DNA of 64,000 bases, taken from the NCBI GenBank assembly GCA_964035545.1, contig OZ037771.1, forward strand, positions 3,545,628-3,609,627, read 5' to 3'. Below are positions 25,901 to 39,400 of the stretch, piece by piece. Source of the stretch: Bugula neritina. Lineage: Eukaryota > Animalia > Bryozoa. Numbering within the stretch: position 1 is the stretch's first letter; every line of letters begins with the position of its first letter. Below the pieces are notes generated by a model. It searched no databases, was not told where the DNA came from, and saw only the letters and a list, made by a program, of their open reading frames with translations. A program made the position numbers and the translations under genes.

Positions 25901-28875
25901 TTGATCAGGTGTCTATGGAAGTTACCTGCAGGAAACACGGACACCAACACGTGCTGCATCGTAGAGGGCGACTCAGATGCATCACCTCGCGCTGGTTATT
26001 GTCCAGAATCTTTATATCAAAAGGTCTGGAAGCTCCACATACGTTACGACTGCAGCAGTCGTTGTCTGAAGGCAGATACAGCAAGTTTAGAGATCAGTGC
26101 AGAGAAAAGAGAGTGGAGAGAGCAGTGTGGAGAGAGCCAACCAGATAGGAGGTTCTGGTCCATGAAATATGGAGAATACTGAACACGAGCACACAAATCC
26201 AACAATACAGAGCTTAGGGTAGTAAACTCGACCGAATAAGCCAACAGATAGTCAAACAAACTGAGAGATAAAACTGTGAATTAAAGGATAGGGACTAGAA
26301 GATCACGGAATACGACTGAAAGACATAGAGACACTTTCAATGGAGCTAAGAACTTAAGCAATTCGTAGCAACATAAAAACAGTTCAGCAAAAAACCGAAA
26401 GAAGGGAAATAATAAGTGTGAAAACAAAGAAAACCAAAACGCAGTAAAAGCAGCATGCTAATAGATAGGTGAAAGTCAACATGCGGCGGTGAGAATCAAA
26501 CTAGCACGCTATTGGCTCATCACCTGGAGACAACATGGACACCAGCATGTGCTGCATCGCAATGGACGCTCTAATCGCATCACTTCGCGATTTGTGTTGT
26601 CTAAAATCTTTATTTCAAAAGGGCGAGACGGCCCGCAGATGTTTCTAGTGCAGCAGTTAGTATCTGTAAACACAATGCTAGGCGAATGAGTATTAAGCTG
26701 CCAACACAAACAATAATATAAACAGTAAATGTAACTTTTTAAATCGGACACAGTATCAGGTTTACATTACAAACGAATAAAATGATGGGAAGATATCCAA
26801 TTGAAACAGTGCAATGTACACAAATGTTGTTAGCATAAAATATTTGAAGAAGAATTAAGTTGCAAAAGTCAAACACAACTTTTACTGTTGGCGCCTACAG
26901 TAGTTTAACTTGCCACAAGAAGTGTGGAGGGACAACTCCCGTATTGCAAACTACAATCACTGCTGATTAAGATAATAAACCTGTACAGTTATTCTTATCT
27001 TCAAATTCAAGTAAATGCTCAAACTGCTGATAAGGCAACCAAATATTTATCTTATTATCAGAATGAGTTGACTGATAGCTTATTGATTTACTCCCACCAC
27101 ATTAATGATTCGCTCAGATAACTATATCTATTGATACATTAACTTGTCTATATTATACTGTATAAGGTGATATAGTTAAAGAGTATATATACAATAGAAA
27201 GTGATTTAGTTAAAGAGTATATATACTATACACAGTTAATTAGTTACAGAGTATATAAACTGTATACAATGAGAGAGATAGAAATTGTATACATTATTTA
27301 CGTTGCTAACCTTCAGCTGCTAAGTAGACCCGCTGTCCCATGCTGTTCTTGATATCATACTTGTTGTTAGTCTCAAAACCAATAAATGCTGAAATAAACA
27401 CACATGGCCGTTAGAAAATCATTGATATATTTTCAAGACTTAATTAAATACTTTCACCAAAATAGTTATGTCTGAAAATACATTGCATTATGTCTGTTAG
27501 CAAATAAAGAACCCTTAGAATTTGCAACAATACACCTACATTAAAATTAAAACTCATGTTATCGTATACCAAGATTACAACTTGATGAACCTGGACTAGT
27601 CTCAACTGCATATTATTCTCTATTATACTAAATCATCAAAAGTGGGAGTGTGCTAATTTTTGACCTTAATAAACACTACACAAACATACACCAAACATTC
27701 ATGATCAACCGCAATGCCAATTCACAGAATTTATACTCCCTTTATTTCTCAAATACAACACACTCGTAGTCACAAGATAAAACGTGTGTGCTACAACTTT
27801 TATTTATAAGAATGAGATACCAACAAGAGTTGTAATTATCTCCCCTGTATAGCCTACCTTCCACCAATTCAGTCTGCTGATGAACAAGAAGTTGATCCAC
27901 TAAGGCTAGATATTCCAAACCCGGAGGACAGTTGGGAGGGGCTTGTGGAGCTGCCATCCATTGTGCTACAAACACATAGGAATTGCAGCTATAATCCCTA
28001 TTTTATTGGAATTTCCATTGTAGGTTAAAAATGGGAATAGCGAAAATAAGAACAATAAAAGACATTTACTGTACTATTTTTCAGTGGTTGGGGTGAGAGG
28101 GGGGTATGGTGCAAGATATCATGCAAAGGGTAATGGTTGCACAATCCAATGACAAAATAAACTAATGACAAAATAATAAATACTTTGCAGTCAACATATG
28201 AACATAAAGCAAGATACAACTTTGCTAAAAATACTTCGTAAGAATTTAGCAAAAATATTGAAATGTCATTTCTAAATTAAATCTAATCGATATTGCCTAG
28301 CTTATTCAGCAATGTACAGCACCATTGAATAAATTAAACCAGTAAATAATTACAACAGACAAATAGATTGCTGGCAACATAAGTAACTTAGTAACTCAGA
28401 GTGAATACTGAAAAACATTCATCCAGTATGATTTCACCAGGCATAGCCAGACATTGGTTAGTAATGCATTCTTTAACTCAACAGTATTGATCAATACAAG
28501 CATGAAAATCAATGTTTTATTAGAGGGGTGAACGACCTAGTGAAACCTCAGCCCATCTGATGCAATAGATAGATATTAGTGCACAACTGTTGACCCTGTA
28601 TTACAGACTACAGCTATCTGAAGACAGTAAGCACTAATGCTGGTACATATTTTATTGTAACTTCAGTGTTGGATGAACTTTTAGTTACAATTAAACTTCA
28701 CCAAACATATTCAAACATAATAGCTATTTCATTAAAAATACATTTTACAATGGGAAATCGAATAGAAAGAGAGCCAATATTATTTTTCAGAGAAAAATTT
28801 ACAACTAATTAACAACTTGCTAAGTTAATACTGACTTGCCATGGGTTGTCCGGTCACTGGTGGTGCGACGGCCAT
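22921..28875 (-). CDS. Phospholipid scramblase (PLSCR family), about 251 aa, with a mutually exclusive exon pair
   Basis: Exons in transcript order: 28875-28836, 27965-27858, 27388-27311, [26663-26524 OR 26065-25926], 24645-24481, 23505-23344, 22983-22921, totalling 756 nt in frame. Family motifs: [111 protein letters not shown]. Confidence 0.95.
23501..23731 (-). repeat. 20-bp tandem repeat (about 11.5 copies) made of the scramblase exon 6 splice acceptor
   Basis: The unit on the coding strand is TTCTTCTATTTATAG|GTGAG. The last copy is the in-frame acceptor. Confidence 0.95.
23953..24212. repeat. Minisatellite of TGTGAGTATGAC/TGTGAGT units in a scramblase intron
   Basis: Visible array; it produces the spurious SHTH/SQSY ORFs in the track. 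Confidence 0.9.
25926..26065 (-). CDS. Scramblase alternative exon 4b (140 nt), paralogous to exon 4a
   Basis: Boundaries ccttcag|ACAAC...CCTGCAG|gtaact. Encodes (D)[46 protein letters not shown], with the same length and phases as 4a. It is not shown in the ORF track. Confidence 0.9.
26524..26663 (-). CDS. Scramblase alternative exon 4a (140 nt)
   Basis: Boundaries tttacag|ATACT...TCTCCAG|gtgatg. Encodes (D)[46 protein letters not shown]. Confidence 0.92.
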
Positions 28876-30641
28876 CTTACTTTTCTGAATATTATTCCTG
28901 CAACACAAATAATAAAATTCTAGTTTCTAGATTTCTTAAAACAAAACTAAATAACTTTCCTGTAGTGATTATCCATAGCTACAAATACTTACCTTTTATT
29001 TAAAATACAACTACCATATTATGTATGTATCAAAAATATATACTTTTTGAAAAAAACTAATTGATTTCCTGACTTTTACACTTAGTATATAGAATAAGAT
29101 ATATAGAACAGTTGTATATATTCTTATATAAATTCCTATTTCTATCAAGAAAAACTCTATATATTTAGGGGTTTTTAGTTGGATTACATTACTAGGACTA
29201 GGCGTAATACTCAGGAGAGAAAATGCTAACTAAAAATTTGCAATAAAAAATCGGTGACTGACAGTGAAATTAATATGTAAAGCATATGACAAACGAACAT
29301 TAGATATAAAAGAACAGCATTGATATTTGCAGGCAAGATATTTAGCAGAGCAGCCTCGACAAAATGAAGAAACCGAACTATACACCATTATAGTAATAAA
29401 CTAATAACTGTCTGCATTTGTGAATACAAAGACAAGAGTTTCACATTTTTAAACAGGAACAGCAAAAACCGAAAATTCAAATGGTTAATCCACTCTCCCT
29501 CAATACAAATAACTATTGATAATTACAATAAACATATCAATTGTTATAATAATTATAAATTATATTACATAAAATAAAAAATGACACTCAATGATTTACT
29601 CAATGCCATAATTATAATAATCATAATGAATTATTGAATATTTCAGTGTATTTTTTACTATTATAGTAATATTAATAGTACTAGCATTACAACAAATACA
29701 ATTTGAATCTATTCACTATCATTACTATTACTATTAGTATTATTAATTGCTAATAACACCAACACTAAAAGTAATAGCCAATAGTCATAGACCACAGGCA
29801 ACAACTAATAACTAACCCTAACGGTAATAGTAACACTAATAGTAATAGTAATTACTAATAAGGCAAGAACTATAAGATTAAGTATAACATAAGTATAACT
29901 TATAGTAATACTAATACTAATAGTAATAGTAATAGTAATAGTAATACTATAAATAAGTAGTACTTTTATTTTATTGATACTAAGAATAAGCAACTTAAGT
30001 TACAGTAATACTAATAGTATAAATATATTCATAAAATAAATGTAATAATAATAATAAAATTTATAAGTATGAATATCATTATTTATACTACTACTAGTAT
30101 TATTACTACTACTAGTACAGTACTAGTCTAGGTCTATTAATTGTAAATTTAATATTTATATTCATAATGTCAATGATAATCATAATGATAATGATAATAT
30201 TATTCCTATTCATAATGAATAAATATAATTGATAACAACAAATATAATATAAACAATAATAATAATAATATTGATATTATATATAATTAAAATTTATTTA
30301 GTTTATCTCCATCATGAAGTGAAAATGGTTATCATTATGATCATGATCATGATGAGTGATGATCATCATCCTGATGATGATGATCATGATGATCAATCAT
30401 CACTGTTCATGATAAATAAAAGAATTGGTCAGCATGATAGAATAAAAAAAAGTTTGATATATTATAAAGAGTTGCATTTGATGTACTGCTAAGAGCGATT
30501 TGAGGTTGAAATTTACAACTTAACACTGACACAGAGAGTGAGTGGGTGTAACACCAACTGTCTTACTCGGATAAATTCAACTTCTTACTATACTATTTAG
30601 GTCAAAGTGCTAGTAGACTGAGAAACAGCTTAACAATAATG

Positions 30642-32435
<1,794 letters not shown>

Positions 32436-33598
32436 CAATAATGTGCACATAATAAAGTTGTCAATCGACAGGGTTCGCTTTAGATTAGGGTCAGAAACTA
32501 GGCTAATTGTTGCTAACACCCGTGTTATGGTTACAAATAATGTATATACTCTGGCTAATCGTAGCTTTGATTAGTTATCTTTTCTTGCTAGTAGATGCAT
32601 AGAGAGAGCGCAACTCTACTTACGTGAATCCAGTCGCAATGATACGGCTAGATGGTTAGGAATAATATGAGTATAAAAGAGAGTATGCCCAAGAGAGTTA
32701 CATGATAGTGAGGCGAAATAGAGTGAGGGACTGCAAATACAGTGTTGTGAGAACACAAAATAATCTGAGTATGCAGAACTTGTCTGTATGAGCATATAGA
32801 AAAACTTAATGGAGTGTGTTTGGGTGTGCCGAGCCCAGCGGACCCTATACTGCAGTGCACACACCAGACACCCTAACCTGCAGGCTTAACTCTCCCCACA
32901 GACTGACGGGAGCTGGAGCTACCTCACAACCAACCCAAGCAACCTGTACCAATACACTGACTCGGGCTAACCTTAAGGCTACAATATAATATTGTTCAGC
33001 GAGTTCATGAAACTGAGGATCCAGTTATAATACTTTTCCTACATTACACTGCAGGTTTTCGCTGCTCCGTTATCAATAATACATGGAAGTTGATCAGTCA
33101 TACTACTGGGAACTTATGCATACACATAATTAAAGTATCTCCGGCATATGTGGTAAATGTCATAGTCACTTTGGAAGCTCTTTTTAAACTGCATATTGAG
33201 AATTTTATAAGTACATTGCGTTCAAATTGCATAAATTATGTGTGTAAACTAAGCAAACCGCACCATTTTGAAATAAATTCATACCACTAAATATTGTATT
33301 GCACTACTTGAAATACAAAAAAAGCTAACAAAAATTGAAAATCAGTAATAGAAAAACTTTGAAATCAGAGAGTAAATGCACTGCTTCAGCCAATACTGAG
33401 GACAATGATATGTAAGGGATGATAACTTCACATTAACCGTAATCAAATACAGCATTATGCCTTAATTCCCAGAAATATAAAAAGTATTATGTAATTGTTT
33501 ACTCAAAACTTGAAAGTTGGTGGTTTGGTTGTGGAAGACGTTGAAGTTTGGACTGGAAGACTTTAACACAGAGTAAACCTTGACTGAACAGGCATCTA

Positions 33599-35107
33599 TT
33601 ACTCAACATTGATTTCATCACCATCAGTATCTTCGGATGCTTGTTCTATCTTTACCACCTTGTTAGGGTTCCTGCACCCCTTGCACTTGCACTCCATGCA
33701 AGGAGTGTGACTGCTGTAACACGGGCAGCGCTGACCATAGCAAGTCAATCTTCCTGGAGACAAGGCGGCAGCACTCCCACAACTACATCCTTTTTTAGAC
33801 TTATCCTTGACAATTTTTCTAGAGCTGGAAGTACAGACATATTATGAGTATATTTGATAAAAAATATGCATATTTAAATGACAGTTCTGATTCTCTATAA
33901 GCGCTGAGAGGTCTTCCTTGTATCATTAGAAACACAGAAACCGGCTAATTTAAACTGACGTGTTGTCTTGCATACTATAAATATATTTTAATTTGTGTTT
34001 GATAACAAGAGATATTTAAAATATCCATATATAGAGCACAATGCTTCTCTATAATTATTAAAATGATGGGATATACTTGTTGGGCTACTTTTGACAGAAA
34101 GTTATAAAAAGAATATTTGCTACAGGGTAACCTATAAGTTATCCACCTAATAATCTTTTTTACAAAATAAATATAATATACTTACAAGCCACTATTTTTT
34201 CTTGGCAAGGAGCTAAAAACATACAAGTATATCAGATGCTCATAATGAACATTGAAACCAGTTTGCATTAAAGAAGGACTTTTAATAACTGAGTATAAAT
34301 TATAAATGCAATATATCAAATCTACTCACGATACATCACCAAAGACAAACTGTAGACACAGCATAAAAGAACCACAAGTAATATCCCAAATTATTAAAAA
34401 ATTGATGAACTGTACCTGTCTAAACAATTATTCCCTTTCCCGGCTATTACTTCCTGTGACGCAGACAAATTCTCTAAAGGTACGTCTTCATCGCCACTAG
34501 AAAAGACATTATTCTCAAGTTGCTTTGATGACGATTTTCTTTTTTTCCTGCTCATAGAATATTTTCCTTTTCTAGATTTCAAAAATCGTTTAGAATTATC
34601 CACAGTAGAAATATCTGACTCTACTGGAATAGTCGATGTATTTGCTGAAGTTATGGCAGCTACAGATGAATCAATATTAACGCCTTCTCTAAGCAGATTT
34701 TCCAACTTATCCCTACAACTTTCTAATTCAGGAGTCAAGTTATTGATAGCATATTCTACTTGTCTTTGGTACTCCTCAGATGAGAGTAAAAACTGACAGA
34801 GTTTAGAGTAACACTGAACTAGAGAGACTAGTAACCTATTTGGAATAAAATTCTCGTAACTTTGACACCAGCCACATTGAGGTCTTAACTTCATTTTACT
34901 GCCCACGCATTTCCTGCAGACAGTATGCTGACAGGAGTTATGGTCGGCACACATTGGATCTTGAAGAATGCTGCCACATACTCTGCAACTGACGTAGAAC
35001 TTGAGGGGGGAGAGGTACTCTAATAGGAGCAACAAATAGCTCTTGCTGAGTTCATGCTCAGCTAGAATGTATTCAGTAGCACTACTGTAGCATGTTAGGG
35101 CATTCAT
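33599..35107 (-). CDS. MSL2: E3 ubiquitin ligase MSL2 (male-specific lethal 2 homolog), about 305 aa
   Basis: Exons 35107-34416 and 33824-33599 join in phase 2. The RING region reads CRVCGSILQDP...CQHTVCRKC...LRPQCGWCQSYENF. The second exon encodes a CXC domain, KKGCSCGS...LTCYGQRCPCYSSHTPCMECKCKGCRNP, matching the MSL2 pattern GCxCG...LTCxGQRCPCYS...CxxCxCxGCxN. Confidence 0.93.
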
Positions 35108-36230
35108 ATCTTCATTCCTTCGATCACATCTACAGAATAAGACACAATCTTTTTATTAGCCAATTTAAAGTTTAGCTATTACATGTTGCAGAGTGCTCAA
35201 GTCATTTCAGTCTCAGTATCTCAATATATGAGAAGAGCAAACAAAAACAACACTATTTCGTGGAAAATTTGGTAAAAGTATTTTAAATACTGTAACTAAT
35301 ATTTTACAAGACTTTTAGGTAAATAACAAGGCAAATTTCTTATTTTAAATGCCTATGACTTTGGTAAAGCTGTCACGATTTGCTACATATTCACATAGCA
35401 GGACTACAAACTCAAACTTTCACACTATATATTTGCCTTTTACAGCAAAAATTTTACAAACCATTTTTCATATATCATTATGTGTATCAGTATGTACATC
35501 CTGGCAAGTAATCTCATTAAAATTTAAACACGCCCATCAGTATCACTATGACTATGATTTCAAGATGCACCAAAGGCAAATCTAATACTAATACTGTAAT
35601 AGTGATACAGTAATAATAATATTAATATAAATTAGAATATCAATAACTTTAAATTAATCACAACCAAACTAGTTTATTTATGTTTGACCATATAATACTA
35701 ATAGTTATTATAACAAATTCAATATCAATGTGGGTATGATACTATAACTTATAAGTATAACTCAATAAAATTAACGTTAAGTTTAACTTTAAGTATAACT
35801 AATAACGTAACTGATGACTTAAACTATAACCAGTTATACTATAACTGTAAGTATAACTATAACAATAACTATAACATTAGCTTAAAGTGATTACCTGAGT
35901 ATAAGTAAAACTAAAAGTAAAAGTATTAACTTTAAGTTTAAGCCTTAAGGGCAAAAAATGAAACCACACTCACACTAGCCCAAACAATATTGATAGCTCA
36001 TAACTGTAGTGTAGCACATAGTAAATTTATTAATGGTAATAAATAATAAGTTATAGCAGTAGCTATAATATTAATTATCATAATGAGTTACAGTGTAAGT
36101 GCCATACTAATACTTAGACTAATCACTAATAACTTTCTTACTACTTAGCAAAACGGAACAAGTACTACAGGTTTTTATGACTACAATGAGTTGATGCAAT
36201 ATTACTTTTCGAAAAGTGTTATTGGCGAAG

Positions 36231-36246
36231 GTTGCGTCCTAGCAAC
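36231..36246. promoter_or_regulatory. RFX X-box-like site in the divergent MSL2/VWA3B promoter region
   Basis: GTTGCGTCCTAGCAAC contains the CCTAGCAAC half-site about 200 bp upstream of the predicted VWA3B ATG. A second X-box-like site, GTTGCCATAGTGAT, lies at 38994-39007. Confidence 0.45.
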
Positions 36247-36438
36247 TGGTAAAAATCGGAAACCGAGTTCTAGCTCTCGAGTTGATTTAATGAAATTAAT
36301 ATCTTTATTTACAGTGCTACACTAATAGTAATAGTATCACTACATTCTACGTATTTTTGGCAACTTTAGCTTTGCTACAAATGCTTCGACAGCTTAAGAT
36401 TATTTTTTGATGGATATCTATAATAAAAACCTTTGAAG

Positions 36439-39400
36439 ATGGCAACTTTAGACGTAGACCCCTATTTGCCCAACGCTTACTCCAAAACACGTGAGTGAAA
36501 TTTAGTCTTGGCTTTCACATTATAGTTTGCTAATCATAGATCATGATGATAATGATCATTTTGTTGTTGATTAAAAAATAACTTAGTGAACTTGTTATTA
36601 TATTAAATTATGTTAATTCATATAAAAAGTTATGGTATACTAGCAACACACCCTTAGGCTTATAACTTAATCTTTATCTTATGCTTATCACTGTCGATTT
36701 ATCTTGTAGTTATACTTTTAGTTATAACTTATAATAGCGCTTATACTTCTAGAAATAGTGATACTTATTGCATTACTTTTCTATGTTGTATTAGTGATAT
36801 AATTATTACTATTAGTATTACTTATAATTATATTGATGGTAATAAGTTGCCATTGACATTGTGATTGTAGTAGACATTATGATTATAAATAATTCTATTT
36901 GTATCGTATGCAATTTAAAACGACTCATACATATATATTTATAACATGCTGTGTTCAAATAATTGTTGCACTTTGCCATATATTTTGTTAGACTGTCATT
37001 ACATTCCAATGGCTGTCAATGCAACTTTTTTACGTTGTTTATTATCTGTTATCTACCATACTTTTGTATATAGCAAAAAGATAGCACTACAGTTTGTAGA
37101 ATAAATTATTTATTTCACTATGAGAGAAACTAGGTTTGTTATTTTGCAAGTGACTGTGAAATAATACCTGAAAACATCAAATGTCATCAGTATAGCTACA
37201 GTTATAATGCTTACAATATCAAATACTAAAATTATTAATTTCATAATAAGATATATATTATTTCCTATAAATTGTCTGTCCAGTTTCATTATTGACTTTT
37301 ACATGCAAATTTCTATATATATTTCATAGTAAACAAAGATGGCACTCCATCGGGTATGTCTAAGTGACCTTGACCTATAGTTTCCTATTTATTTTATCCT
37401 ACATGTAATTTTATTTCAATCTTTCATTGTTGTTTACCTCCTTTCTTTCTGGCTTACACAAAATTATTGGTTGATTGCTGAAACACAAGATAATTAAGAA
37501 TAGCTAGCATCACAGGTGGTGGAATTGATACTGTATAATTTTTATTTGTGTGCAGACATTGATTTAACTGATTATTCTCATTAATATTGTTTTATCATTG
37601 AATTGATAACCACAACACGTTTTCAGTTCGATTAACCTGTTGTATCATCATGATGTTGTGATTTGTTAAGTTATTAGAAATCTCAAGTACTAATCAATAA
37701 TTTCCATGCAACAATCACTATCGATCAGCTCAATAAAATCTTCCATTTGCTAACTGTACAGCATGGTATTTTATTACGCATCTCTCGTGGCTGAAATTAA
37801 AAAATTTACTGATTTTTACTTTTTGCTGATAAATTTATTCAGTTTCAAGATTTTTTTCCTGCTTAGTTTATTTTTGATAGTTTCATTTGTATATATTATA
37901 CAGTGTATATATATTTATATATATATGTTGGACATGTGTATGGGCATACATTATATTATTGGAATGCAATACCATAACATTATATTATTTTTGCTTCTTC
38001 CAAACATAAAATAAACAAATGCACCCAGACCAGTAAGTAAACAAGGAGCCTGTTATGATTCATATAGTGACCATTGATTTCCAACACTAAATAGATAATC
38101 ATAAAGAGCTCATTGTTTGTCTCATGTCAGGCAGAGTGCAGACAAGACTAGTCAAGTGCTCCGCAGTGTTATGGTGCTCTCGAAGCTCTCTGCTTTCTAC
38201 TGCATAATAAATGTGCTTTTTGTTTTTCTAGCTAGCTTTGACTAGCTAGGTTACACCCTAGAGTAATATAATTCAGTACTTATAAGCTGGAATAGAATCG
38301 TGCATATCAATAGATGCAGAACAATCCCACTGGTGTGTTAAATTATTTAATGGTCCAAGTCAAAATCTCCACCCAATCTAGGAATATTTGAGTAGTTGAT
38401 GACTATATCACTGAAAAAGCCTATACCTTTGGGTCTGCTAGCTGTATATAACCATATGCGTGTCAGAATGTCGAAAACTGCGACAGCGCTTTTTAGAGCA
38501 AATTTAAAACTAAATATTGCTATACATATTGATGTTAGCTCTGTTATTGTTAATATGAACTACACTAGAGAACTCTACTTGTAAATTAATACCGTATTAT
38601 GATGTACATACACAGCTATAGTGTAAATTTAATGTAGATTACATACAATAATATTTAAATAATATTATATTTTATTTGCATTAAATAAGTTTTTTTACAC
38701 TAGTGTAAAATATAATGTAAACATTGTAGTGTGCAAAGTATATATACTGTACACTATATACAATACTTCATATATTTGTATATGTATATATTTGCATTGT
38801 GTTACCTCATAATGTCTGATATGCGCTGACGTTACAGGCTGCCGGTTTGACTTGACGTCGTATCAGGCACATCTAGACTCCCAAGAAGAACCCGGAAAGA
38901 AACTCGTTACTCCAGAGATCATTGCTGACGAGTTGCTGTTAAAGAAAAATGATCGGAAATCGTAAGTTCTGCTGTCGAAAATTGTTACTAGTAGTTGCCA
39001 TAGTGATGGTGCTGGCAGGCCAAGCTAGACTCAATTCTGCAATTTTATGCAGGCGAAAAAGTGTAGTTTTTTACTAACTTTGACTCTTGACTATTAGTTT
39101 GAAAAGCCAACCCCCCTCCCCCTCTTCCCTCTCTATAACAAAATACATCTCATGGTAAAATTACCTGCAGAATTCAAAGTTAAGCTGAAATATAGTGCTT
39201 TACACCTAATGAGTTGAATGCAATGAAATATATACCTATTAGTGAGTTGATTAATTGTTAAGTAGCACTGCTAATATTATTTATTAGTGAATTCTAAAAT
39301 CTATATAATATAATATGTGGTATACGAGTTTGACAGAGCAGGTAATATAGTATGTGTACTATCTTGTGATATAATTGTTGATGTCTTCATAAGTTGGGAG

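Noticed and set aside
25901-26689. Plus-strand ORFs with similar HGHQHVLHR peptides
   Set aside because: They are antisense shadows of the two duplicated scramblase exons.
29365-29480. GAAACCGAA/AAAACCGAAA words resembling interferon-response elements upstream of the scramblase
   Set aside because: They are short A-rich words expected by chance in this composition, and the transcription start is unknown.
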